Part shown: positions 37,118-45,775 of the stretch, in pieces
How positions within the stretch are numbered: the first letter of the stretch is position 1
Layout of the letters: each line of letters starts with the position of its first letter
NCBI GenBank assembly: GCA_964415095.1
Contig: CAYPYR010000001.1
Location: 8,583-54,357 of the forward strand
From: an uncultured Pseudomonadota bacterium
Lineage (GTDB): Bacteria; Babelota; Babeliae; Babelales; UBA12411
Direction of reading: 5' to 3'
DNA length: 45,775 nucleotides
The notes under the pieces: model-generated
The model's database searches: none
What the model was told of the DNA's origin: nothing
Seen by the model: only the letters and a program-made list of their open reading frames with translations
Made by a program: the position numbers and the translations under genes

Positions 37118-37867
37118 ATGATTACTCAAGAAGTCTGCGGTTTTATTTTGATCAATAAACCAAAAGACATCTCATCATTTGCCTGCGTTAAATATCTCAA
37201 ACGTTTCCTGCCACGCAAAACAAAAATTGGTCATGCCGGAACATTAGACAATTTTGCTACGGGATTATTAATCATTGGCATTGGTCGTTTGGCAACACGA
37301 GAACTTGGTAATCTGATAAATCAAGATAAACAATATAGTGTTCGTGCTAAATTTGGAGAACTCACTGATACGCTTGATTATACCGGAATAGTGCTAGAAA
37401 CCAAACCGTGTCATGACAAGATTACTTATGAGAGTCTTGCAGAAGCTATAGCGCAATTAGGAACACAATATATACAAACTCCACCGATATATTCCGCGTT
37501 AAAACATAATGGTGCGCCGTTATATTCACTTGCACGTAACCATCTTGTAACACATGAGGAATTGAAAAATATTGTTCAAGAAAAAACGAGAATGGTAATG
37601 CTCTATAATATCACCATCACTGAACTGGCTCTGCCATTTTTTAGTTTTACCGCGCATGTTTCAAAAGGCACATATATTCGCACCTTAGTACAGGATATTG
37701 CGCAAAAACTTAATAGTGTTGCAACAACATATGAACTCATGCGTACAGATATTGATAACCTTAATCTAGTTGATGCTCATCAACTTTCAGCAATTACTTC
37801 AACTGACGACATTATCACAAGATTAATTGATATAGATACTATAAAAGAACGAATACGTAAGAAATAA
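37118..37867 (+). CDS. truB: tRNA pseudouridine-55 synthase
   Basis: 249 aa; GHAGTLDNFATGLLIIGIG (catalytic Asp motif) and PPIYSALKHNGAPLY. Confidence 0.92.
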   Translation: MITQEVCGFILINKPKDISSFACVKYLKRFLPRKTKIGHAGTLDNFATGLLIIGIGRLATRELGNLINQDKQYSVRAKFGELTDTLDYTGIVLETKPCHDKITYESLAEAIAQLGTQYIQTPPIYSALKHNGAPLYSLARNHLVTHEELKNIVQEKTRMVMLYNITITELALPFFSFTAHVSKGTYIRTLVQDIAQKLNSVATTYELMRTDIDNLNLVDAHQLSAITSTDDIITRLIDIDTIKERIRKK

Positions 37868-38040
37868 ATGACAGTGATATAAGTAACGAATAAGAATCAT
37901 CGTTACCCACGCACCATTGACACCGAGCAGACTAAAAATTCACCCTGCTCAATGTCAAAAGAAATCCCGTTTAATGTATTGACATCTTGATTATCTGATT
38001 GAAAAAGCCAAAGCTTTTGTCGAGATAATAACGGTGTCAT
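37862..38040 (-). pseudogene. remnant of an ABC-transporter ATPase (N-terminal ~60 codons only, frameshifted)
   Basis: Manual translation from the ATG at 38040 gives MTPLLSRQKLWLFQSDNQDVNTLNGISFDIEQGEFLVCSVSMVRG*. This is the typical ABC ATPase lead-in (..L.GISF.I..GEF..). Shifting one frame after GEFLV reads LLGVNGAWVTMILIRYL, which resembles a decayed Walker A (LLGxNGAGKTTLIR.L). The rest of the gene is missing. Confidence 0.4.
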
Positions 38041-38046
38041 TTGACA

Positions 38047-38325
38047 CTAGGCAGCTGGTGTTTTGCTTGCTTTGGCAACACGCTTAGCAAGACGACTAAT
38101 TTTGCGACGAGCAGCATTGCCTTTTAAGACACCTTTACCCTTTGCACGCGCCAATTTAGATTCTACTTCAATTAAGAGCACTTTAGCTTGCTCAAGGTTG
38201 CTTTGAGAAAGCGCTTCGAAAACTTTCTTTGATGCTGTTTTTAATTCAGAACGACGAGCAACATTTCGTTGACGACGAACTTCATTAGTTAAAGCACGCT
38301 TTTTTGCTGATGCTGTATTTGCCAT
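38047..38325 (-). CDS. rpsT: 30S ribosomal protein S20
   Basis: 92 aa; MANTASAKKRALTNEVRRQRN; basic and helical. Confidence 0.92.
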   Translation of the reverse strand: MANTASAKKRALTNEVRRQRNVARRSELKTASKKVFEALSQSNLEQAKVLLIEVESKLARAKGKGVLKGNAARRKISRLAKRVAKASKTPAA

Positions 38326-38341
38326 AATAATCCTTAAAAAA

Positions 38342-38539
38342 CTATACTATTTTTTCAACTTTTCCTGCTTTAACGCATTTTGTGCATATCGCACCGCGTA
38401 ACACATTAGTTTGTCCCTTAATACGAAAACGCATTTTATGTACGTTTGGGTACACCCAACGCTTTGTCTTATTGTTAGCGTGACTCACTAAATTAGCAAC
38501 GCGTGGACGTTTGTCGCAGCTAAAACAAATATTTGCCAT
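38342..38539 (-). CDS. rpmB: 50S ribosomal protein L28 (Cys4 form)
   Basis: MANICFSCDKRPRVANLVSHANNKTKRWVYPNVHKMRF...CTKCVKAG. The ATG at 38539 is preceded by GGAAGGAAAGGA. The 22 upstream codons of the track ORF are not L28-like. Confidence 0.9.
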   Translation of the reverse strand: MANICFSCDKRPRVANLVSHANNKTKRWVYPNVHKMRFRIKGQTNVLRGAICTKCVKAGKVEKIV

Positions 38540-38761
38540 GATGTAAAATCCTTTCCTTCCAAATACTAATATCGATAAGTCTACCAAAATCAGCATTTTT
38601 TGCAAAAAATTGCAGCGATATTATGTGATTATTATCAGAGATTTACGAGTTTTTACGAACTCGCCCTGCTGAAAACCAGACTATTTGTAAAATTTTAACC
38701 CTATAACTTCAAATTACGCTCTTTGTCTTTTACTACTCTTTAGGTAAAAAAGCAAAGAAAA

Positions 38762-38789
38762 TCAGGGATAGCAATGGAGCTATCCCTGA
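38762..38789 (-). terminator. rho-independent terminator after ftsH
   Basis: 11-bp stem tcagggatagc / gctatccctga with a 6-nt loop. On the minus strand it is followed by TTTTCTTTGCTTTTTT. It lies 16 nt after the ftsH stop. Confidence 0.7.
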
Positions 38790-38805
38790 TAAAATTACTC
38801 AATCT

Positions 38806-40731
38806 TTAAGACTCTAGGGAGACTTCTGGCTCAACTAACGTTGTTTGTTCGCCAGTAGGCTCTTGGTCAAAACGCATCATTTCACGGCCTGGCAGACCGA
38901 GAAGCTCATAGACCTCTGAAGCATCCATTGTTTCTTTTTCAAAGAGGGTCTTTGCCAGAGTATCTAACTTCGTGCGATTTTCTAATAACAGCGTCTGGGT
39001 CTTTGCATAACATTCATTAATGATTTTTGAAACCTGTGCATCAATTTTTTCAGCAAGTCCTTCAGAATGCTCTCGCTGACCGAATTCCTGAGAACTGACG
39101 ATCGAAATGGGACCAAGCTCAGACATACCCCAGGCGCTCACCATGCGACGTGCAATACCAGTCGCTACTTTAATATCACTAGATGCGCCAGTCGTACGAT
39201 GAATCATGCCATAGACGTGCTCTTCAGCAACACGCCCACCAAGACAAACCATAATTTCCGCAATAAGTTGGTCTTCACTGCGAGAAACCTCGTCACCTTC
39301 AGGTAAATACCAGGTAGTGCCGAGTGTGCCACCGCGTGAAAGAATAGTTACTTTATGTAATGCTTGAGCACCAGGAAGCAAAATTGATACCAGTGTATGC
39401 CCTGCTTCATGATAGGCAGTACTTAATAATTCTTCTTTGGTACGGGTCAATGAGCGGCGTTCAGCGCCTACTAATATCTTATCGCGTGCCTCTTCAAAAT
39501 CATCAACTTCAACTTCTTTTTTATGTTTTTTCGAAGCAAGCAAAGCAGCTTCATTAATTAAATTTGCAAGATCTGCTCCACTAAATTGGGAAGTTCCCCG
39601 TGCAATTTTATGAATATCAACACTTGGGCTTATCTTTACCCCTTTGCAATGAATCTTCAAAATTTGTTCACGACTTACTAAATCAGGATAGGGTACTTCA
39701 ACCTTACGATCAAAACGACCAGGTCTGAGCAGTGCTTTATCAAGTACATCTGGACGATTCGTCGCTGCAATCACAATTACTTCGCCATGTTCGGTAGTAA
39801 AACCATCCATTTCAGAAAGCAACTGATTTAGAGTTTGTTCCCGTTCATCATTACCGCCACCCATACTTACACCACGACTACGACCAACCGCATCAATTTC
39901 ATCAATAAAGACAATGCACGGCGCATGTCGTCGAGCTTGCAGAAATAAATCACGTACACGTGATGCACCAACACCGACAAATACTTCTATAAAATCGGAA
40001 CCACTAATACTAAAGAATGGGCAATGAGCCTCACCAGCAACTGCTTTAGCAAGCATAGTTTTACCATTACCCGGTGCTCCCGTTAATAGAACACCTCGCG
40101 GGATTTTAGCACCAAGACGACGAAAACGCTCCGGATTTTTGAGAAAATCAACCACGTCTTTCAGATCATCTTTTGCCTCTTCGACACCAGCAACATCTTT
40201 AAATTTAATTTTTATGGTATTTGGCGCAAAAAAACGTGCTTTGCTTTTGCCAAAACTAAACATCTTCCCACCACCGCCACCTTGGCCTTGACGTAGAAAG
40301 AAATATACCAGCCCCATAAGAGCAAATAAGCCAAAAATTAAGACAAATGAAAGATTCCAGTTGTTGCGATCTATAGGAATAATGCGAACATTTACACTAT
40401 GAGATTGCAAAAACTGCATGAAGTCGTTGGTTGGCGTTGCAATATATACCGAAAAATCTTTAATACTGCGAGTTATACCATCTTCACGAAGATGCGGAAT
40501 CGGGTTCTTTAACATACCACGAACTTGCTGACCTTCTACCTCTACCATTGAGACATTTTGCGCATCAACTTGTTCAACAAACGTAGAATAAGATATCATT
40601 TCACGTGTTGCAACCACCGCACTGTAGTAGTATAAAAAGCCAATAGCGGCAAAGAAAATAAGCAATAAGAGCCAAATAGCATTTGGGCCACGACCGCCAA
40701 ATCGATCTCGTTTTTTCATATCTTTACTCAT
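38806..40731 (-). CDS. ftsH: ATP-dependent zinc metalloprotease FtsH
   Basis: 641 aa with two N-terminal TM spans. Walker A GAPGNGKT, second region of homology [20 protein letters not shown], and HEAGH zinc site. Confidence 0.97.
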   Translation of the reverse strand: MSKDMKKRDRFGGRGPNAIWLLLLIFFAAIGFLYYYSAVVATREMISYSTFVEQVDAQNVSMVEVEGQQVRGMLKNPIPHLREDGITRSIKDFSVYIATPTNDFMQFLQSHSVNVRIIPIDRNNWNLSFVLIFGLFALMGLVYFFLRQGQGGGGGKMFSFGKSKARFFAPNTIKIKFKDVAGVEEAKDDLKDVVDFLKNPERFRRLGAKIPRGVLLTGAPGNGKTMLAKAVAGEAHCPFFSISGSDFIEVFVGVGASRVRDLFLQARRHAPCIVFIDEIDAVGRSRGVSMGGGNDEREQTLNQLLSEMDGFTTEHGEVIVIAATNRPDVLDKALLRPGRFDRKVEVPYPDLVSREQILKIHCKGVKISPSVDIHKIARGTSQFSGADLANLINEAALLASKKHKKEVEVDDFEEARDKILVGAERRSLTRTKEELLSTAYHEAGHTLVSILLPGAQALHKVTILSRGGTLGTTWYLPEGDEVSRSEDQLIAEIMVCLGGRVAEEHVYGMIHRTTGASSDIKVATGIARRMVSAWGMSELGPISIVSSQEFGQREHSEGLAEKIDAQVSKIINECYAKTQTLLLENRTKLDTLAKTLFEKETMDASEVYELLGLPGREMMRFDQEPTGEQTTLVEPEVSLES

Positions 40732-40887
40732 TGTTGTTCTTTCTTTGGGTTATTATTGCAGATGCTTTAATTCATTAATTGCTTATAATAGCGCAGTATA
40801 GCATTGATTAAAACTATCAAAGAATACCATCTTAATAAACAAAATCAAATAATGCACGTAGAATACATGATCTCCATGCGAATGGCA

Positions 40888-42198
40888 TTATTTCCAGGCA
40901 GGAAAACTCTTTGGATGTGGGCCAGAAGTCAATTGACGTATCTTGCTGGTATTGACCTGTATTGCACCAATCTGGTCGCAGCATTTTCCTGTCTCATCCG
41001 CACAAGTATAAACAAATGCTAAAAATTTTCCACCGGGTGCCCACGTAGGACTTATTTTACTACTGCCACCGCGCGTAATTTGACGTATAGCTGAGGCCAC
41101 GCCATCATGAGTAACTTTCATGGTGCAGATTTGCAGGGCATCATCAATCAGCTTTAAAAAAGCAAGCGTTTGTGTTGCCTCGCAATAAGTCGGCGCAACA
41201 CAATAACCACCATTCGTGAGGCGTTTTGTTGTTTGCTTTTGCATATCAAGATAATAAATTTGCGGCTTTTTTGTTTCAAAATCAGAACAAAAAATAATAT
41301 CTCCTGATGGCAATAAAATAGGCGAGATATTCGTACCACCATTATGCGTCAATTGCTTATATCCACGGGATTTTTCTTTATGTGAGCGTGACTTATCGAA
41401 TAAATAAAGCTGGGTATTGCCCCTGACTGAAAGACAAAGCACCACTGATTCACCATCCGCTGAAAAAGAAGGCTGCATATTCAAACCGGGAAAAGAACAA
41501 ACAACTTCATGAGTTCTTTTTTTAAAATTATAAACCATTAATCGATTGTTTGTTTTCGTAAACTGGCAATAAAACAATCCTGCTCGCTTTGGATGCCATG
41601 TCGGCAGTACATTGATCGTTGGCGCATCTACCACCACGTGCGGTGATTTGCCCGCATAATCTGCAACCATAATTACTTTATGTTTGGAACTTCGCTGCTC
41701 ACAATAGGCAATCTTACTTTTTGCAATACTACTTCCCGTTAGCGTACGTAATATTTGATCACTTAATTCGTGGCCATCATGCACTATATTTTTTTTATGG
41801 AGAGCACATTTATATTCATCAAGTATGTCACCACTTAATGTATCTCGTAATGTTGCAATAATATTGTTATGTTGCTCGGTAATAATTATGCATGCTACAA
41901 ATCCTTCATTAAACAGTTTACGAAGCATACTCGCGGTTTGTGGTGCTTGCCCCGCAGCCGTTTTTTTAATAGTGGGATCGATCTGTCCTGAGAATTCAAG
42001 ATCAAATTGTAGTATCTTACCTATCTTAAAAAGATCCGGATTATTACCTTCGCACACAATCAAATACTTTAATGCTCGAGCTGCTTGTTTTGCTTGTATA
42101 CTTGTTTTGATTGATCGCATGCCTTGTTCTTTGGCGTAAATATACGATTCAAACATGCCTACTAGTAGCAATAATATAAATAAACTTTGATGCTGCAT
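40888..42198 (-). CDS. tolB: Tol-Pal system beta-propeller protein TolB
   Basis: 436 aa. Signal peptide MQHQSLFILLLLVGMFESYIYA. Repeated propeller blades (PSFSADGESVVL, ISPILLPSGDIIF, ISPTWAPGGKFLAF). It follows tolQRA. Confidence 0.85.
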   Translation of the reverse strand: MQHQSLFILLLLVGMFESYIYAKEQGMRSIKTSIQAKQAARALKYLIVCEGNNPDLFKIGKILQFDLEFSGQIDPTIKKTAAGQAPQTASMLRKLFNEGFVACIIITEQHNNIIATLRDTLSGDILDEYKCALHKKNIVHDGHELSDQILRTLTGSSIAKSKIAYCEQRSSKHKVIMVADYAGKSPHVVVDAPTINVLPTWHPKRAGLFYCQFTKTNNRLMVYNFKKRTHEVVCSFPGLNMQPSFSADGESVVLCLSVRGNTQLYLFDKSRSHKEKSRGYKQLTHNGGTNISPILLPSGDIIFCSDFETKKPQIYYLDMQKQTTKRLTNGGYCVAPTYCEATQTLAFLKLIDDALQICTMKVTHDGVASAIRQITRGGSSKISPTWAPGGKFLAFVYTCADETGKCCDQIGAIQVNTSKIRQLTSGPHPKSFPAWK

Positions 42199-42254
42199 TA
42201 ATCACCTTCGTTGCGTGAAATCTCTTTAGTATATTTACCAAAATCTATTATTCT

Positions 42255-42941
42255 TTAAGCAGTAAATTCAATTATAATCGTTACTTCTTTTAAATGCGCT
42301 GGAAAGACGGCACCAATAACTGCTTGTTGAATGCTTTGATCAAAAAGTATTAATCCTGAACGTTGTTCAAATTGACAAGCCTGGACGGTGCTTGTTGCAT
42401 CAATATACATCCGCACCGTCGCGCAAAGATCTTTAGATACATCGATAGGTGGATGCCAGCGCTTATGAATAACATTGCGCACTGCACGCTCAAGCCGATC
42501 AGCATTTACTCCTGCCGCATTCCAACCAAGTGAGGATGACATGCGTATTGGTACATGCGCTGTTTGTTTATTTATTTTAGCTGGTTGTGCTATCGCTGCA
42601 GTTTTTTCCTTCTTAGCTATTTCAACCGGTTTTTTTTGCTCAATAACGGGCTTTGCTTTAAGTGGCTCTTTTGATACCGCAGGCGCTATATTCTTTTTTT
42701 TCTCAGTTATTTGAGTATTCTGCATCACAGTTTTTTTCTGATCGCTCACCACTATAGATTTTGGTTTAGAAAACGATTTAAAGTAAACATCAGTATCACA
42801 TTTTGCCGACGGCCTTTGCACGGTAATGTGAAATGTTTTGCTGCAGCGATCGGGAAGCAGAAGCATGATACCACATAAACAAAGATGCACGAGTACCGTA
42901 ATTATTATCGCGCGAAGATCAAAGAGAGCCTGCATGTGCAT
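42255..42941 (-). CDS. tolA: TolA/TonB-family energy-transducer protein
   Basis: 228 aa. It has an N-terminal anchor (IIITVLVHLCLCGIMLLL), a Lys/Pro/Ala-rich linker (KKKNIAPAVSKEPLKAKPVIEQKKPVEIAKKEK) and a small C-terminal domain. It sits between tolR and tolB. Confidence 0.7.
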   Translation of the reverse strand: MHMQALFDLRAIIITVLVHLCLCGIMLLLPDRCSKTFHITVQRPSAKCDTDVYFKSFSKPKSIVVSDQKKTVMQNTQITEKKKNIAPAVSKEPLKAKPVIEQKKPVEIAKKEKTAAIAQPAKINKQTAHVPIRMSSSLGWNAAGVNADRLERAVRNVIHKRWHPPIDVSKDLCATVRMYIDATSTVQACQFEQRSGLILFDQSIQQAVIGAVFPAHLKEVTIIIEFTA

Positions 42942-42961
42942 ATCGTTACCTATTATCGTGC

Positions 42962-43366
42962 TTATGCTTCTATGGAAAGTGCAACACGTTTAGCACCGGC
43001 TTGTTTGATATCCTCTACCAATGCAAGCACATCTCCATATTCAAGTTTTTTGTGAGCACGAACAAAAACCGGTATTTCTTCTTGACCGCTAATAGCTTTG
43101 GCAATTGTTTCGATCACTTTACTTTTTTCTACCGGATAGTTATTAAAAAAAATAATATTCTTATTATTAACGGAAACAACAAATTCCTGCTGCGCAGATA
43201 CTTCGCGGCTGTTGCCTTTAGGTAAATCAATTTTAATATTATTTTGTATCATTGGTGCCGTTACCATAAAAATAACTAGCAACGTTAATGCCATATCAAT
43301 AAGTGGCGTAAGATTAACTTCTGGTAATGCAATTTTTTCTCGACGTCTTCTTCGCATGCGCATCAT
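42962..43366 (-). CDS. tolR: TolR/ExbD-family protein
   Basis: 134 aa; EVNLTPLIDMALTLLVIFMVTAP. Confidence 0.88.
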   Translation of the reverse strand: MMRMRRRRREKIALPEVNLTPLIDMALTLLVIFMVTAPMIQNNIKIDLPKGNSREVSAQQEFVVSVNNKNIIFFNNYPVEKSKVIETIAKAISGQEEIPVFVRAHKKLEYGDVLALVEDIKQAGAKRVALSIEA

Positions 43367-43377
43367 AGCGTACTCTC

Positions 43378-44133
43378 CTAGCTTAATGTAGTTGGTTCAT
43401 TAACTGCAGCCGGTTGAACACGAGGGTTTGGCTCAAATGAAAGAGTCGCCTCTGCTTCACGTCCTTTTGAATACACTAAGACAATATGATCACTCATCGC
43501 GCGCAATTGATAATCCATTAATCGCATGATATGTGCAAAATAGTGGAAAAAAACTAATGCGGGGATAGCAACGATTAATCCGGCAAGCGTGGTAAGCAAT
43601 GCTTCTGCAATTCCGGGAGCAATAATCGACAAATCTGCTGACTTTGCTTGACCAATATTCACAAACGCATGAATCAATCCCCAAATGGTACCAAACAAGC
43701 CTACTAATGGTGACACCGCAGCAGCAGTTCCTAATATTGGCAAACCGCGCTCATAATTTTGAGTGATATGATCAGCAGCTGCATCAAGTGATTGCATCAA
43801 AAACTCTTGTTCATGCATGGTCATTGCACTACGCGCTGCATGAGTACCAGGACTTAACATTTGAAAAGTTTGAATGCTTTCTGCTATAAGATCGTACGCA
43901 ATTGAGTCACGTAAGCCTATTTGTTTTTGCAGTGCAAGAATATCGGCAACCGAGCGGGCATTTTTTATGTGATGTGCAATGCGCATGACACGCTTTTTTT
44001 CAGCGTAAAAGAACAACCATTTATACACAATAATAGCAAAACAAAGAAAATAGCTGCTTACTAATCCTAATAAAATAATGAGGGTTATAACATCACCAGT
44101 TTTAGTAAGTTCCCATAAATGTGCAAAATTCAT
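43378..44133 (-). CDS. tolQ: TolQ/ExbB/MotA-family proton channel
   Basis: GLFGTIWGLIHAF and IAPGIAEALLTTLAGLIVAIPA. The ATG at 44133 (MNFAHLWEL) is preceded by GGAAGG. The longer track ORF adds a non-homologous basic leader. Confidence 0.88.
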   Translation of the reverse strand: MNFAHLWELTKTGDVITLIILLGLVSSYFLCFAIIVYKWLFFYAEKKRVMRIAHHIKNARSVADILALQKQIGLRDSIAYDLIAESIQTFQMLSPGTHAARSAMTMHEQEFLMQSLDAAADHITQNYERGLPILGTAAAVSPLVGLFGTIWGLIHAFVNIGQAKSADLSIIAPGIAEALLTTLAGLIVAIPALVFFHYFAHIMRLMDYQLRAMSDHIVLVYSKGREAEATLSFEPNPRVQPAAVNEPTTLS

Positions 44134-44314
44134 TTCCCTAACCTTCCAGCGTGCGAACAATAATATTTTTTTCTTAAGTAATCGAAACTTATTATACGTT
44201 AAAAGCAATCTTTGCAAAATATTTTATATTGTTTCTTGGATTCACGCTCTATTTAAACAACAGAGGCGAAGATTTTACTCATCGCCCCTATTAACTAAAT
44301 TAAACTTATTAAAA

Positions 44315-44602
44315 CTATGCTTGATCTTGATCTATCTCTAATAAAATAGTCTCCGAATCATGATTACCAGTTTTCTGATCTCGCACTTGTTTATGTAGAG
44401 CATATTCTTCTTGAGTTAAATAACCAACTATCACACACTTTGTAATACCAGTTGAATGTTCATCTTCAGTTGGAGAAACAACTAGATAAGTAAGTTTATT
44501 TTCTCCCGGAAGATCATCCCCTGGATATATAGCAACTTCAAACGAGAGAGCTATAACCAATGTTACTATTAACTTTGTGAAATCTTTCATCGCAATCATC
44601 AT
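44315..44602 (-). CDS. small hypothetical exported/anchored protein
   Basis: The ATG at 44602 is preceded by AGGA with a 5-nt spacer, giving MMIAMKDFTKLIVTLVIALSFEVAIYPG. The acidic mature part has no recognisable motif. The maximal ORF reaches 44623. Confidence 0.45.
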   Translation of the reverse strand: MMIAMKDFTKLIVTLVIALSFEVAIYPGDDLPGENKLTYLVVSPTEDEHSTGITKCVIVGYLTQEEYALHKQVRDQKTGNHDSETILLEIDQDQA

Positions 44603-44622
44603 AAAAATCCTAGCAATAACCA

Positions 44623-45775
44623 TCAGTCATTTAATTCAATAAATTCGTCGTGAAAATACGATAACATAAAAAAATCATAAAATGTGCTATAGAGTTGGTC
44701 TTTATCTACAACATTATTATCGTTACCTTTATAATCAGGCCTTGTAAATTCTGGCATAGCTTCTAATGCTACTTCATTCTTTTTTTGTGCACATTGTAAC
44801 GAATAAATCGATGCGACAAAACAATACGCGGCAACTGCTGAAGCTGCTGACATGACTTTGAAAAATGCATCTTCACCCATTTTATAAAATAACGTTGCTG
44901 CTGCACAGCTTGCAAAGAAAAATATAAATCGTTTAAATTTTGATTGCTTTTTAATTTCTTCTAAATTTTGACGAATCTCTTCAGCTTCTTTTACTCTCTT
45001 AATAGTGGAGTTTTCTTGAATTCTATCTCTTAGGTTATCAATTGAGTCTTGATCAAATAATAATCCAATTTGATTTAATTCATTATATTCCACATTTTTT
45101 GCGACTATAGACTTTGCTTTAGCTAATAATTCATTTACTTTCTTTTGTGGAATTGATTTCGCAAAAACGTGATTTACAAATGTTACCAATTGATCATGAG
45201 ATAGTATGTTAATTACATCATCAAAATATTCTGCTTCCACAATTTTAAATATCGTTTCTTCGTCGCATGAAACAATAGCGCCTACGCTGCCTGCAAGCAT
45301 TAACATATCCTCAGAGTGTTCGGCATCTTGATGCAAGCTGCTTAATACTTTTTTTACCGTTTCAGATTCAAAAGCATCACTTATGCCCTCTTGTATAATT
45401 AGCTTTTGATCTGCATCAATTTCTTCCTGATCTAGTTTTTTGCTTCGTACGGCATTCTCTATATTAATGTTAAGATTAATATTACAAACCGTTCCGTTTA
45501 ACCACGGCTTTTTTGAAAGATTTTGCTCATGATTCTTTAATATCAAAGGTAATCTTTTTGCGCGTTGTTGAGCTTGTTCATTTAATTTATTTTCCTGAGG
45601 TGACACTTGTTTAACTTCTTCTTGATCTTCGTCATCTAACGAATCTCTTAATTGTGTTTCTTCACTTGGGTCGCTCTCTTGACCTAAATCATTGTTTTTA
45701 TCTATTTCTAATTCTTCAACTTTCGGAGCTTCACTTGAATCATTAGAACTTCGTAAAGTTAATTCTTGCTCAGGT
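44623..45775 (-). CDS. hypothetical protein with an acidic disordered N-terminal region, helical middle and two-lobed hydrophobic segment; N-terminus off-window
   Basis: The track ORF starts at a GTG (45606). Manual translation shows the frame stays open to the window edge: ...PEQELTLRSSNDSSEAPKVEELEIDKNNDLGQESDPSEETQLRDSLDDEDQEEVKQ. The C-terminal part contains FIFFFASCAAATLFY-KMGEDAFFKV-MSAASAVAAYCFVASIYSL. Confidence 0.55.
   Translation of the reverse strand, partial: PEQELTLRSSNDSSEAPKVEELEIDKNNDLGQESDPSEETQLRDSLDDEDQEEVKQVSPQENKLNEQAQQRAKRLPLILKNHEQNLSKKPWLNGTVCNINLNINIENAVRSKKLDQEEIDADQKLIIQEGISDAFESETVKKVLSSLHQDAEHSEDMLMLAGSVGAIVSCDEETIFKIVEAEYFDDVINILSHDQLVTFVNHVFAKSIPQKKVNELLAKAKSIVAKNVEYNELNQIGLLFDQDSIDNLRDRIQENSTIKRVKEAEEIRQNLEEIKKQSKFKRFIFFFASCAAATLFYKMGEDAFFKVMSAASAVAAYCFVASIYSLQCAQKKNEVALEAMPEFTRPDYKGNDNNVVDKDQLYSTFYDFFMLSYFHDEFIELND

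Noticed and set aside
38540-38605. 22-codon N-terminal extension of the rpmB ORF (MQKMLILVDLSILVFGRKGFYI).
   Set aside because: It is not L28-like. The internal ATG at 38539 has a strong SD and yields the canonical L28 N-terminus, so the extension is most likely 5' UTR.
40804-41022. 72-aa plus-strand ORF in the ftsH-tolB spacer.
   Set aside because: Most of it is antisense to the conserved TolB C-terminus, and it has no SD or motif.
44078-44341. 87-aa plus-strand ORF across the tolQ 5' region.
   Set aside because: It is antisense to the tolQ start and the upstream spacer, and the translation is low-complexity.
1-45775. Looked for CRISPR arrays, IS/transposase or integrase genes, rRNA, tmRNA/SRP/RNase P RNAs, long direct repeats, toxin-antitoxin pairs and known defence genes.
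   Set aside because: None was recognised by eye. The spacers longer than 100 nt (1520-1634, 2445-2632, 22431-22846, 33023-33230, 38540-38805, 40732-40887) show no repeat-spacer periodicity and no conserved ncRNA motifs that I can identify. A covariance-model scan would be needed to exclude small RNAs.

Overview
This is a compact, low-G+C bacterial chromosomal window of 45.8 kb, with most genes on the minus strand and junctions of 0-30 nt or overlapping.

**Core.** The core (3049-22430, minus) is one uninterrupted str-S10-spc-alpha ribosomal super-operon. Its order is rpsL-rpsG-fusA-tuf-rpsJ-rplCDWB-rpsS-rplV-rpsC-rplP-rpmC-rpsQ-rplNXE-rpsN(Z)-rpsH-rplFR-rpsE-rplO-secY-adk-map-infA-rpmJ-rpsMKD-rpoA-rplQ. 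rpmJ is not in the supplied ORF track; I translated it by hand. There is no rpmD (L30).

**Flanking genes.**
- A NifU-like gene and tRNA-Glu(CUC).
- rseP, convergent with lpxC.
- A monocistronic rplM.
- A tightly packed array yidC-recR-lptD-pepP-pyrG.
- A plus-strand operon of a biotin carboxylase, a BCCP-type carrier and a ParB/Srx-like protein.
- An alpha/beta hydrolase and truB.
- A degraded ABC-ATPase remnant.
- rpmB-rpsT and ftsH.
- tolQ-tolR-tolA-tolB, with no pal.

**Lineage-specific ends.** Both window ends hold lineage-specific hypothetical genes of visibly lower G+C. At 1-2444 there are four co-directional exported proteins. At 44315-45775 there is a small exported protein plus a large acidic protein with a two-lobed hydrophobic segment.

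**Organism.** The envelope genes (lpxC, lptD, tolQRAB, periplasmic-domain yidC) indicate a diderm. The compaction, gene remnants and orphan exported proteins are consistent with a reduced, possibly host-associated genome such as Dependentiae/TM6. That is inference and was not verified.

**Negatives and limits.** I saw no CRISPR array, IS element, integrase, rRNA or obvious defence system. All family calls rest on recognising conserved motifs in the translations; no database search was possible.
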